DNA of 59,822 bases from Trichinella spiralis. Lineage: Eukaryota. Shown here one piece after another: positions 1 through 13,240 of this stretch. Below the pieces are notes generated by a model. The model was not told where the DNA came from and made no database searches. It saw only the letters and a list, made by a program, of their open reading frames with translations. Numbering within the stretch: position 1 is the stretch's first letter; the number at the start of each line of letters is the position of its first letter. Position numbers and translations under genes: made by a program. Location of the stretch: assembly GCF_000181795.1 (NCBI RefSeq), contig NW_003526944.1:1565639-1625460 (forward strand). Direction: 5' to 3'.

Positions 1-173
1 AACATGCATTCAAAGCGACAGCATTCAATAACAAAGCTCTAATAGCAAGTTCGAGTGTTAATGCTAATTCTACATAATAATGTTATGGATTCGTTCAATA
101 AGTAAAATAATATTTGTAAAGTAAAGCAAGAAAAAAAACTCATATCTGTCGACAATGACAAAAATACACTTAC

Positions 174-309
174 ACCAACTGCGGCCAGTTCGTCCAAGAA
201 AAGTTTTCTCTTCAGCGTTGTAAATGAAATCGATAAGACTTTGAAATTTTCCTTTTTCTTGCTTCTTCGCCTTTCCCGGATGGGAATTGGCGAAATCCTT
301 GTTGTCCAT
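174..309 (-). CDS. Na+/K+-ATPase beta subunit, first coding exon (gene continues off the left edge)
   Basis: ATG at 309 gives MDNKDF...FIYNAEEKTFLGRTGRSW, the hallmark N-terminal FLGRTxxSW motif of beta subunits, followed by a GTAAGT donor at 173. Confidence 0.85.
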
Positions 310-1758
310 GGACCACCGACAAACAACAATGGTCACTTACAAACCAGATATACAGTAAAATTATTAAATACAAATGTGCAGGTACAACTAAAAAAACAAG
401 CAAGACAATATTGATATGAGCAATCGTTTATAAGTAATGAATAACTAATTCAGAAATTTTATTCCTTAAATTAAAATATTTTCTTAAATGTAATGCAGAG
501 CATCATATCCAATTCAACCGTATGAACTTTACTTGATTGAAATGCAATATCATTTTATTAAAGTAGTAAAATTGTTTTTTTATTTCAAGAATGTTTCAGA
601 TAATTATTATTATTTGTTATGTTGTTCTATTTTTAACAAAAAATCAAATAAAATTTAGAAATTAGTAAAATTTGTTCCATTATAAAAATTATACTTAAAT
701 GAGCTATACTGTAGTTGTTGCCCTTTTTCTCGATGTTTGTTTCAGTTTATTCGTTAGTGAAAATTCAATTTATTGCTATTAAACATTAGATTTCAACGTA
801 GAGGAATGTATTAAATTCTTTGAAATGTTTAACGCAACTGAATCCACAGAACATTTTTAAAAGAAGAATCTTTCAGATATACTGTATGATGTTTTTTTTG
901 TATTCGGTTTGTGAATTGTAATAAATATTTTTTGTGGTGTGTGTGAATGAGTAATTTTAAACGGGAAATTTTTAAACGAGTAAAAATTGTCATCGAAATA
1001 TTCTTAATTGATTGAGATGTTCAAGTGTTGGGTGGGCAAGTTGTGAAAAAATGAAAAAAATTATTGTAGTGCATAATACTGTCGCAAGTTGACTGTCAAT
1101 TTTCGTGAAGTATCCGCAAAAATAATTTCACAGCGTGATTGAAACGATATTAAATATTTAATCGCTGAGTTATTTTAAATTTTACGAGGTTGTTTGGCTT
1201 CCGTAACTGTAAAACTAGTTTAATAATTTTCATGGGCCCTGATCAACCTGATTGACAGCATAACGTTTTGTAGAACTGGTCGAAAGCATGCTTCGATTAG
1301 AATGTTACACATTGGAATGTAAAATTAACTGTCCATCAGTTAGTGTTGTTAATTTGATTTTGTTAAGCTGTCGTCTGTCGTGTTTGATTTTATTTAATTT
1401 AAACATGATTTCCGATTATCATTGTTTTTGTTGACTTTTTGTTTTACAACTTTCAGTTGTTTGTTTGTCAATTGGGAATAAATTTCACAAAGAAGAAGAA
1501 AACGTTACGTCACCGGATCAAAATTGTAATCTTTAACCTTAACAATGCTTGTCCACCAGTGAATATTTTCATTCCATGTAAGACGTCCATTTGTTTTGTT
1601 TTTATCATTTTGAAACAATGTCCGAATGACAGAATCTCGTAATTCTTATCTAAACTATGCAGCTGCTGCTTGTGTAAATTTCGAAATTTGATCATTTCTG
1701 AAATCATATAGGCGATATTGTTTTGTTGTAGGAACGTTTACAACAGTCGAGTCGATCG

Positions 1759-2528
1759 ATGAATTACTCCCACGCACGTAAGAGAAAGCGAATTTTTAAT
1801 TATTCGACTTTTCATTTGTTGTCATTACTGTTGTTCATCGGATGTAGATCATTTGGACCATGGAAACGACGATAGTCACGACATGCCGATGATGATGATG
1901 TCGATGTCCTTTCACGGCGGTGTAAATGAAGTGATATTGTTCAGTTTTTGGAAAATCACCACACTCGGAGGTTGTTGTTCTTGTATATTATACTATACTT
2001 TCCACCAACAAACAGTTCTCTTCTGTAGGTTTGCTAGGATCGATTGTCGGCATCTTTTTGTTGGCTATACTGTACGAAGGTTTGAAAGCGATGCGAGAGA
2101 CGATGCTTGAAAATGCACTTGTGGAGCAAAATCTGCGGAAAAAAAATGGAACCGTCATCGACCACGCCGACAACTGCCGCCAAGGTATCGGAGAGACGAG
2201 CCAGAATCAAACTAGTGACATCGAGCTGTTCACGTTGAAATCCACAAGACACAGGTATTGGAAGAATCCGGTGGCGTTTTTCAAGCCCCAACAACAACAA
2301 CAACAACAGTCAAAATTGGCTTTCAGGTTGAAACCATTTTCCACGGCCCACATCATCCAATCCACGTTGCACATGATTCAACTGTTCTTCTCCTACATGC
2401 TCATGCTTGTTGTCATGACTTACAATATTTGGCTACTTTTGGCCGTGATCGTCGGATGCGGTGTTGGTCATTTGTTGTTTGGCTGGCGTCGAATCACCAA
2501 AATCGAAACTTGCGAACATTGTCATTGA
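1759..2528 (+). CDS. Ctr-family (SLC31) copper transporter, about 4 exons
   Basis: Spliced product begins MNYSHAHHLDHGNDDSHDMPMMMMSMSFH (His/Met-rich copper-binding N-terminus). It has ILFSFWK, LYEGLK, the MxxxM motif (MLMLVVMTYN), GxGxG in TM3 and a C-terminal HCH. Confidence 0.93.
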
Positions 2529-2736
2529 AATTTTTTCAAAAACAAAACAACACCAATAATAATAAGTTTACAATCCGAATATGTTTCACTTTGTGCAAAG
2601 AAAAAAACAGCAAAATAAATTTATTTATAACATTTTGAACACTTTATAAAGCACTAATATCTATCTGTTATTTTTTCAATATTATTGGAAATGTTTACTT
2701 CTTGTTCAACATGGTTTAAAAAAAAACTACTTTTTC

Positions 2737-4402
2737 TCAATTTTTCTCCTTTCTTGATTCTATTCGAACAACAACAACATCCTACAACAAAAACAAACCG
2801 TACAAAATTATCATCGCAACAAACAAAAATGACCTTTTTATCATTCGATTTGAGCTTATTATCTTTATTGTTGGTCGTCGACTTTGTTACAGTCGAAGGT
2901 TTCGTCGAACTGCGCATCCTTGTAGTTCGAATCCACGGCTTCGACTTGTTACAAAATGTAGAACCTTGCCAGTCAGGCTTCTGCAATTGCACGTGTTTAT
3001 TCTTTATTTATTTTTTTTTGAAAATAAAAATATTAAAAAAATTTGCATAAAGAAAACAATCTTCTTACTCTGACTGATGTCGACTGATGACCTGTTTGGG
3101 GTTCTTTGTCAAGTTTCGCTTGACGAGTATCGGCAATTTTCGTATCCAAACAGCGCGATTTCGCACCAGTTTTTCCCTCCTGGACTTCGATCACTTTTTT
3201 CGCCGTCGTTGCCGGCGCGTCCTGCTTTTTCGACCCTTTCTTATTCTGTTTGGCGCTTTTAACTTGAATCTGAAATCGAGCGAAAATTTATTTTCCAAAT
3301 CAAAAATTTTTTCCCTCCTCTCTTTTTCCAATTTGCATACTTCGGACGTTTTACGATTCGGTGTTGCAGCAGCTTCATCACGTTCGCGTTTTATGCGTTG
3401 CAAGCGTTTCTGGCGTTCAGCTTCGCGCTTCCAACGCGCTTCTTCTTTCTGTTTCTGCTTCAAAGCTTTTGCTTTCTTGCAAAAAAGAAAAAATAAGTTA
3501 TAAGAATAAACAATATGCGCAATTTGTTTCGCAACACGCTTCAATGAAATTCACACTTACTCGCTTTTCCTTCAACACTGAATCATAGTAAATTGCCAAC
3601 GGGGTTTTCTCGTGGAACAGCCACGGTTCTACAAATGTGAAGAAGTGAAAAAAAAATTTTCAAAAAAAAAAAACCGACAAATCACCTCTTTTCCTCTTCT
3701 CACGTCGATCTATTTCAGCTAATTGACTTTCAAACGATACCGTATCCGGTGCTTTGACGGGTGCGTTCAATTTTTCCACAAATTTCAAATATTCTTCACT
3801 CTGTTCAATCGTGCCTGCCAACGGATTGCGCTTGCCAACTACGCCGAAATTCTCTCGATAAGGTGCCGCTTCAACTATACCGATGCTTTCGTTGCCTGAA
3901 AATTATTTTTTGGAAAAAAATTAATTTCATTTAAAATATTAAATATAAACACAATCATTTTCGTTCGAACCGCAAGCATCAACAAAAACATAGCCGTTGA
4001 AAGTGTCACGGAATTGTAACACATCTTCGATATTCTTGAATTGTATATAAACTCGGGCGCATTCCCACTGCCTGAAAGTAAAGAGATAAAAGAGAAAAAA
4101 AATCGTTCAATTGAAACAAGAAAATTACTTCGGATAAAAGGGTGGATCGAAACGAAACGAATCATGAGGCGGCAAAGGAGAAAGAATTGCCAACAATTCT
4201 TCTTCAGTAATATACGGTGGCAAACGTCTCAAGATCACCTAGATTGTAAAAAATTTCAAATCAACTGCAACACCAACAACAACAACAAATCAATTACTCG
4301 AAGAGGAAGCATTTGAACCTTCTTGCTAAATTCTACCGTACCACCACGACGACCACCACCACCAGCAGCACTTTGTGATTTTTTCTTCGTCAACTCTGTC
4401 AT
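2737..4402 (-). CDS. upf3: Nonsense-mediated decay factor UPF3 / SMG-4 (multi-exon; last exon uncertain, stop at 2737 or 2654)
   Basis: Exons translate to KVILRRLPPYITEEELLAILSPLPPHDSFRF, RVYIQFKNIEDVLQFRDTFNGYVFVD, IGIVEAAPY, GTIEQSEEYLKFVEKL and KTPL, followed by a K/R/E-rich coiled coil. This matches the UPF3 RRM-like UPF2-binding domain. Confidence 0.88.
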
Positions 4403-4885
4403 GTAGTAACTGTTCTACAAAAACAATAAACAAATGCGACCAATTTCATCAATGCCAATTGGTCAATGCGAAGCATCAAATACGGCAAGCCGGTGTGTAA
4501 CACGACACAGACAGTATAATGCAGTAGGAGAAAGGAGGTAAAAAAAAATTTTAATTTCACTTTTCTTTTTCAAAATCATCAAAATTCGCGTGAACTAAAA
4601 GTGACCGTTAAAATGAAGGGAACAAATAAAACTGTTGGTTCCACATCGCCGTTGAGGCACTTGGACTTGGATTCGACCACGCAATGCTCACATACACACA
4701 CAATCTCCCTAGCAAAAAGTGACAAAACACTTTCAAAAAAGGGTGTTTTCATTTTAAAAAAAAATATGATCGGCGTACAGATTCTAAAAAGAAAAGAATC
4801 AACAAAATGCAAATTTTACGAAAAACGTTGAACAAGTAATAAAAGCGGAAAAGAAGCACTGGTTTTTTTGTTTTGTTTTGAATAT

Positions 4886-6971
4886 TCATTCTTTGCTCGA
4901 CGACAGACGGGTTTTGTTGTAATTCGAAGAACAAACGGAAATGTAATCTTCTTCGTCACTGAGAATTTCGTTGGATGCCGGTGACGAAGATCGACTGCCC
5001 AAAGCACCTCGGATGATGCCAAACGGGGTCTGTGTGAAATTTACGAATAAAAAAAATCAAGCGTATTAAAAAAAAGCTGAATGAAAACTTACAAGCTGAC
5101 CGTCCTGTTGAAACATGTTCAAAAAATTGAAAATAAATTCCCTTGATCGATCTTCCCATTTGGTAAAAAACTCCTTGCCGCGTTCTTTCAACGAATCAAT
5201 GTTATTTTGCAATTTGTACTTTTTTTCCTGAAAACAGAAGACCCATTTGCATTTAGAAGGAAACAAAAAAAAAGTAAAACAACATCTCACTGCAAAATAT
5301 CCAACATTCAATTCTTTGGCCGAATAACCACGGGCCAAATTGCGACGTACATAACTGTCGTAATCTTTGACAATACGGGCAACGACGTCGCTTGTGGAAA
5401 CCCCTTCGGTTCGTTTTGTTTCCACAAACACGCCCGCACGACGAAACGGTTCGTAGAGATCGTCGGACACGCCCGGCGCATGATACGGTATAGCATCGTG
5501 AGCAATGAAATCAATCTGCATAAATAAGTGACAATTTCAAAAAGTGAACAACAAAAAACCACATATATATATATCACTTTCATCTCTTTCAAAAATTCCA
5601 TCGTGACAAACCAAGGTGCATTGCGATATACTTCATCCACATAACGGCAGTGTCGAACCGATTCGTACCTTTCATCTTCATCAGTGACCGTTTTCCCTTT
5701 ATTCACATGGGTTACTTTGTCTCCGCAAACTATTCAAAAAGAACATTTATTTTTAAAAAATTCCATTACATTCAGTCAAATTCAAAATTTTGACAACTGT
5801 GAAATTACGTTCGACAGCACAAAACTTGAAATATTACAAACAGGACAACTTCTTGTACAAACGTCAAAAATCAAATGTAAACATTTTAATTTTTCATCAA
5901 CAAATTTATCAAACAATTACTGCTCACCTCCCACAATTAAATACACATTTGGAAAAGCATTTTTCGCTTGCATCAATTGTCTAGCATGTCCATAGTGAAA
6001 CAAATCATAAATACCATCCGCATAAACACGCACTGGACGACTGGCTGAAAAATGAAACGTTCATGAAAGAAAATCATCGCGATTAAAAATCAATACAAAA
6101 GTTCCAACTCTGTTTATTTCATATTAACAAAAATGTTCGCAAAATTATCCAATTTCTCACCAACCTTTCCCAGAACTTGCCAAAGCGAAATCCATCTTTT
6201 CAGAACAGTCGATCAGACGTCTCATTTCCACTGTTTCGGGATCATCGCTGAAAGGTGCCGGTGTGACGACGTTCTGTGCAACAAAACTATTTCACTGACA
6301 CTTCAAATTCACATAAAAATTCAGAAAAAGTCGTCCGTACAAAATGCGGTTTTTTAACAGGCGGAATGTCAAAATCATTGTTATGATGATCTGGAAACAT
6401 TTTGTGCTGACGTTTCCTTTCAGGATTCATAATTGATAAAGAATATTCAATTATGAGAAAACGCAAAACAAGTACAAGTCAATGATGAACTTGTAGCCAA
6501 CCAAGAATACAAAAGTAATACAACGTAGGAAAATCAAGTTCACACATACAGTAACCATATGTAGTAGAGTAGTAGATGAATTTTCAGAAAATATAAGTTA
6601 CTTTATGTATTAAAGTAGAAAAAGATGAAGAAGAAGATATTTCAGCTTCAAATTAACAATTATAAAATTTGAATTTTACGAATAAATTCAAATCAGGTAA
6701 AGAAAAACCAACACATGCCAGATCGGATGATTTGAAGCAGCTGAAAATTTCATTTAATCCTATTTGTTTTGATTTATTCTTGTAGTTTAATAATTTTATC
6801 GTAAATGAAAAGTGAACTTACTTCGACAGTGGCAAGATGGTGGTTGGATTGATCGATGTTTTGCATTGCATGTGGTTTCGTTTTCATTCTATTTGCGTCG
6901 ATGTTCGCAGCACTAGTCGACGTTAGCGAAAAGCAAGCACCATTATACTCTGCGGATGAAAAAGCAAACAT
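4886..6971 (-). CDS. pcyt1: Choline-phosphate cytidylyltransferase (CCT), about 7 exons; start exon less certain
   Basis: [36 protein letters not shown] (HxGH), [59 protein letters not shown], amphipathic M domain and Ser-rich tail ending SSSKE*. Confidence 0.95.
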
Positions 6972-8196
6972 TATTCATACGTTTACGAGCAGAAATTGTA
7001 AATGAAATTGTTTTCCTAAGATTGGGGAAAGTTTCTTTTTCTTTCAATCGACTGCTCTGAACTAGTGACTTGGTAAAACTGATTCAAATATTCAAATGAC
7101 GCGTATGTGTTGTAATGAACTATAAAAGAAACAATTAAAATACAAAACTGTTAAATTTGTCGAACAAATAAGCGTTTGCAAATTAAGCTGCGTAAAATTT
7201 ATTTTTATCATTAAAACAACAACATCACCCATATAGCACGTGTAACTTTTAAAGCCCAAAGCAAAAAGAAATGAACGCGTCATTGTTCAATTAGCAGATA
7301 TTATTACCTACGTGAAATGAATGAAGAGAAATTCAAATTTTTAACAAGAGTCGATCATTTATTCCTTCTAGTAAAAGCTAAATTAGCATCCATATAGCTT
7401 TAGCTTGAAGGAAACTGTTCTTCATTCAGTGTTCATTCGTGTAAATTTCGCAAACATGAAAGTTGCAAGTTATTGCAAAGCAGTTGTTATGTTGGAACAG
7501 ATCATTTTGGTAAATTTCTCAATTAAATGATGCAAAAACCACTGATTTGGCGATAAATTTTGACCACAGTGATCGTGTTGATAAAATTATACAAAGCGTA
7601 GCAATTATTAAGCGATTATCATTTTATATGAATTGATAAAAATTTCGAATTGTTCATGTTGACTACGAGGGCGTTTTCCAGACTACGATCAATTACCACA
7701 AAAAACATTCGATTTAAGCAAAACAATTTGTTGATTCATAAGTAGTATTTCTTAATATTAAACTCATTTTTAATCTGGCTTTCTTTATTTTGCATTGCAA
7801 TGTTTCAATTCAACATCATTTGATACCGTACGTATGTAGAAAAGAATTGCAAATGAATAATTTACATTGTCAGCTGAAATAAAGATAAATAAAACTGAAA
7901 ATAAAAAAGCCATTTTTGTACAGACAAACGAACACTTGGCAATAAAATGCTAAAACAGTCAAAACCATGTTGGAGATTTATATTTTAAAAAAATAAATAA
8001 ATATTAAAATATATAATTATTTTTTAAATAATTTTTTTTAATTTTTTTAAAAAAAGCATGTTCCTTTTTTCAAGTATACTGTACGTTTTTGACAATCAGG
8101 CTTGGATTTAAACTGACGAAACTTTAATGTGTATAAAAGGCGCCGCTCGAGTTTAAATGTCAGTTTGTTCGGTGACTGCGTTGGAGAGTGTTGGTC

Positions 8197-8751
8197 ATGA
8201 AGCGGAAACAGAAATCGAAAAGTTACAAGTTGAATGAGACGTGGACAATGTGGATGTGGAAATCCGAAGCTGGACCGTCTTACGGCAACTGGGAAACCAA
8301 CTTGGTGCAGTTGGAAAAGCTGCGGACGGCCGAAGATTTCTGGGAATTGTACCGAAAATTGCCAAAAGCGTCCGAGCTTCCAGTAAACGAGCACATGTTC
8401 CTGTTCAAGCGTTCCGTCGTTCCAGTTTGGAGTGATCCGGAAAATTTGGACGGCTGCCGAATCACGCTCAAGGTGGAACGTCAAGTGGACAGTGGTCAGC
8501 AGTGCGATATTTATTGGCACGAATTGGTCGCGGCCGCGTTGGAGAATCGGTTCGGCTGGTGCGATACGTACGTGAACGGCGTATCGGTATGTTCGGATGC
8601 CAATTTGTTCAAGTTGAGCATTTGGGTGAGGGCCTACAAGGGCGTGGCTATCCAGTGGATGATCCGGCTCGCCGCCAGTCGCTTCCTGGGCTGCAACATT
8701 GCCGATTTGACGGTCCACAAGGACCTGTCGAGGAATCTTTGCAAGTGGTAG
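8197..8751 (+). CDS. Divergent eIF4E-family protein, single exon
   Basis: LNETWTMW, NWETNL, TAEDFWELY, FLFK...PVWSDPEN, DIYWHEL, VNGVSV, KLSIW reproduce the eIF4E tryptophan pattern. No intron; GC-richer than the flanks. Confidence 0.88.
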   Translation: MKRKQKSKSYKLNETWTMWMWKSEAGPSYGNWETNLVQLEKLRTAEDFWELYRKLPKASELPVNEHMFLFKRSVVPVWSDPENLDGCRITLKVERQVDSGQQCDIYWHELVAAALENRFGWCDTYVNGVSVCSDANLFKLSIWVRAYKGVAIQWMIRLAASRFLGCNIADLTVHKDLSRNLCKW

Positions 8752-11700
8752 AGAATTTTTGGTAGAGTAAATTTAATCATTCTTGTTTATTCTCAATAAT
8801 TCTGCTTTTGAACAAATGAAAATGATAGTGAAATTAAAATTTGCATGTGAAATTTTGCTTTTTCCACTTGTTTTCCATTCAAACCTCGAACAAACTGAAT
8901 TTAAACCCAAATATTTAAAATTCAACGTTGAATAATTAATTGTTCAATTTAAAATGGACAAATTTTTCAAATCATGTAATTGTGTTGAAACATCTCGTTT
9001 GACATGATGATTCATTTGTTCGATAATAATATCAAAACAAAAATTTCATAAACAAGTTGATCCATGTCCAATAGTGCACCTGTAATAGACACACTCGCGT
9101 ATTTAAATGACAATTGAACGCGTCAAAGTTCTTATACACTGTTTGTTCAGCGAATAAAACGTCATTTACCATTCATAAATTGAAAACATAATCTAACAAA
9201 ACAAAGCAAAACATTCAAATTGGCCTCAACTTCATTTCATTGACTAAACAAATCAACAGTCATAAAAATAATTTTTAAATAAAACAGAAATCATTCGATT
9301 ATATTTCAAACTGAACAAAACTTACTGTAGCGTAAAATTTTGTCCACTTTTTGTTTCAATTTCGGACAGTTTTCATTTCCAATGTTCAACAGAGCCTAAA
9401 GTTTAAATATTGATTAATATAAAGAAAATTCTCATTTTCAACAAGTTTCTGATATTTTCTTCACCGTTATTGAATTTTATGTGATAAATAAAAAAATGAA
9501 ATTAAATTCATCCAGCATGAATGAAATGAATAATGGAAGTTCATGCAAAAGTAAACTGAATAGATTTGCTAAATTATCTATCCAATTTTGATGATTAATT
9601 AGAACTTGGACAACCGGTTTTCCTTTTCAACAAAGCGAACATGTATATATAAAGGTGAAATTTGAATAAAAAGACAAACAAGATTCATTGATAAAAAAAA
9701 GATCACTGGAAATCACAAGATCATTTATGAATGTGACCGAGGCAAAAATAAAATTTTCAACATAAACATCAAATCAACTTGCCAAATTTTGAATAATAAT
9801 AATAATAATAATGTATTGCTGTAATCGATAGGAGAAAACAGAAATTAATTTTTCTGAATGTTAAATTTCGTTCATCATGTATAAAATCGATAAAAAAGCA
9901 AGTAAAAGATAGTACGATTGTCATTTTTCTATTAGTGTAAAGATACAAGCTCGCGGGAAAAGTGACAAGCAAAGCGGAGTAGAATCAACGACGACAAATG
10001 CGTGCAATGTGCTACAGCCGACGACATTGTCACTTGGGATAAAAAGAGGAAAGAAGATCACTTTGATGATTTGCCAAATGGATCGTTGAATTGCAATGAT
10101 GCTTACAATCAACTTGGATTTTTCACTCCATTAAAATATTTTTCAACAAAATTATCCTCATCTTTATTATACGACGTGTTTATTATTATATTACCACTAA
10201 TAATAATAATAATAATAATAAGGAGAAGATGACGACGAATAAAATAATCAAAAGGACGAAATGTTTTCAAAACTTTTCCTCAATCAACGTGAAATATATT
10301 ATTTGCATGCTTCAACGATTCATTGAATTGTGAATAAGCAACTTATCGTTTCAGATCGTCGGCAAAAGTCCCTTTCTTCTCTTCTTTTGTCTGCTTACTG
10401 AACAAACAGTTTTTCACTTAAATATACACAACAGCAACATCAATCAGTCGGTAAAATTATGATTAACTATTGTTACTGTCAAAAGCGGCCGCTTTGCATT
10501 TCCAACGAGCTACAGTAAAATTTTTTCACTTGAAGAGAAAAACAAGAAAAATTTACAACCTACAAAAAAATTCAATTCATACCATCTACAATTTGTCGAA
10601 GGAAAAAAAGATTAATGCAAATTTTGCTCAAATTCCTTTCAATTCACCTTATTACAAAAATTACGGTAAGTTATCGTATTTGTTGTTGTTGTTGTTGTGG
10701 TTCAATTCAAATTTGTCAACTTATTGATTTTAACCAAATTGACAAAATGAAATACTTTTTTTTAATAATAAATAAATAAATAAATATACAAAATAGTTTA
10801 CATTATAATTCTAAATTTAAGTTGAAAAATATGACAAAAAACAATTCACGAACAATTTTGAAATGCAAATTTACAACTGAAAATGGGCAGTGAATGAAAT
10901 CACTGCTATTTTGATTGAATGATGCAAAATTGGGAAAAAAGTATATTAATATATAAGTGATACAATATTGATTTAATCTATTCGTATTTTCAGTTTAACA
11001 CCGTTGCGCTTTTTGAACTGAAAAATACAATTGGCATGTTTTAGTTAATCGGCTAATAACTGACTGAATAATACAATTCCTGGAATAAAGTGTTAAAATT
11101 TTTCAACTTCACATTCAATATATGCATAATAGTCGCAACTTGAACGGACCTTTTGAATGGGCAGTTTTTTTCTGTCCCGCAGGAAATCATCAATTGGCGG
11201 ATTAATTCCATCAATTCATGTTCACAAGAAAATTATTCATCTATTTCATGAACACTATTGCTCATAAAAGGAAAGAGCAAAGTTTTTTTTTTAATTTTCA
11301 AAGTAAAATTAAAAAAATATTCACTTCCTCCTGCTTGGTAAACATTGATAGATAGAAGTTTCATTAATCAACAATGTATTCACTAAAAATGACCCTTGAA
11401 ATTATAAATTACTTTTTTTTATTAATACGCAAGTATGTAAGAGAAAAATAACAATAAATAAATAAATAAATAATATGAACATGCTTTTGGTTCGATCATC
11501 AATTTGTCATTTATTGATTTCAACTCTTCCACTTGTAAACAATCACAATGATTATGATTGATAAAAGCAGGAAAACAGAAATCAACTAACATTTTAACAT
11601 GCATAAGTTAATTAAATCGTCAACTGGAAAAAAATATCATCTTCTGTGAAGTAATATTTTCAATTAGAAAAAAAATATGTAAACAAAAGTGTTCATAAAA

Positions 11701-12727
11701 TTGTTCCAAACTAGTACAGATATAACTATAACTATTTTATCAAAGCTTCAAATAAATTCGCATTATACAATTGTGTGAAAAGCGAAATTTTCTTACTGTA
11801 AATTCTTCATTATTGCATAATTAGTTGTACAGAAAAATGTGAAATTTAAAAAGTCATTTAATCAGCAGCAGATGAAATATATTGCAAAATTAGAACACGT
11901 CATGTGAAATTATTCATAATTCATTCATAATAAATTCATTGAATTATTTCAAGTATGATAACCTTGAACGGGCTAAAAGAAGATGTTTTGATCATCGGTA
12001 GTTTTGTCAACTAAATTTAGAAATTCATTTGTTGAAATATTGAACTGCAATTGAAATCTTTCACTTTGACCAGGAATATGAATGAAAAAATTATAATTAA
12101 TTTGTAAATATGAAACATTGTCATCGAAGAAAATTGAAAATGATTTTACATAATTTATTCAAATGAAAAATTTCATTATGAAACATTCCTTTTCAACTGT
12201 TATAAATTACCTTATCATCCACCCACATCACCTAATTTCTGTGTTTGAATAGAAAAGTAATTTGAAAAATAAAAAAAATAATAATCATAATTTGATAAAA
12301 TAGAATTATAATTTTATTTGAATTTCAAAACAGCAACATCAACCAAAATAATAATAAACAAGTAAGATTTGTTTGGAAGAGATTTTTCGAGAAAAGATCA
12401 AATCAATTAAAATTCTATTCATTTCCATGTCGATGTATCATTACGGTTCCACATGGACGTAGTAATGATATTATTCATGCTGTCAAATGGCATCCTTTCG
12501 ACTGGCTTTATTTTTTCCACTTGCGAAACTTACATCAGCATAACACTTTGTATTATTTTATAATTTTATCAAAAACATGAAATATCTTCCGCGTTTATAA
12601 TGTAATTATCATATAATCATTGCATATTATCAGTGGAAATTAAAAACAAGCAACTTCCTTAAACTGCTTTAATTGAAACTTTAAATAATTAAACAATGTT
12701 CAATTATACAATCTGTTGCTATTGAAA

Positions 12728-13240
12728 TGGATCAACTCGCCGCTCGCCGAGGCGATCCGTCAGGTTTTACAGTGAATTTTTCAAAGTTTCAACTCAGCAA
12801 AGTCAAATAAACGAAAACTCAGCAAACAAAACTCGTAATAAGATTTATTTAATCGCTTTTTATTTAATTACTATTTGATTTATCCATTAACATGCAACGA
12901 CAACTTTAAAATTAAAATTACTGATTTGCAACTTTTTGATATCACGTGATTGAGAGATTCCAGTTTTGTTTAAATTAAAAAAAAACAACACTATTTTGTT
13001 CCTCGTCAGACTGTCGTGTGCAATAAATAATACATGCACATGATAAATCTTCTGGATACCATATCCGCCCCCGCCCCCCCAATAAATTAGACGTATCAAC
13101 GCCCCTGAAAGCAGATATGTAAAATGATAAAATAATCACGGTTTAAAGTTATGCCACAGACAGAATTAATCGTGGCGAGTTGATCACGAGGCGAGTTCAT
13201 CGCTGCACGAGTTGACCTTCACGGAGAGTTCAACTAGACC
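12728..13240. repeat. Possible degenerate non-autonomous DNA element with GATCAACTCGCC inverted motif and subterminal GAGTT-core repeats
   Basis: GATCAACTCGCC at ~12730 is the reverse complement of GGCGAGTTGATC at ~13174. Four GAGTT(G/C)A units recur at ~16-18 bp spacing in 13175-13232. Confidence 0.4.
13043..13107 (-). mobile_element. Truncated copy of the MITE at 41290-41447 (one terminus)
   Basis: ATAAATCTTCTGGATA..ATATCCGC..ATAAATTAGAC.TATCAA.GCCC aligns with the reverse complement of 41290-41350 and ends in CCCCTG (CAGGGG terminus). Confidence 0.7.

Noticed and set aside
7663..7690. TACGAGGGCG resembling a mariner TIR start
   Set aside because: No partner TIR or transposase remnant found.
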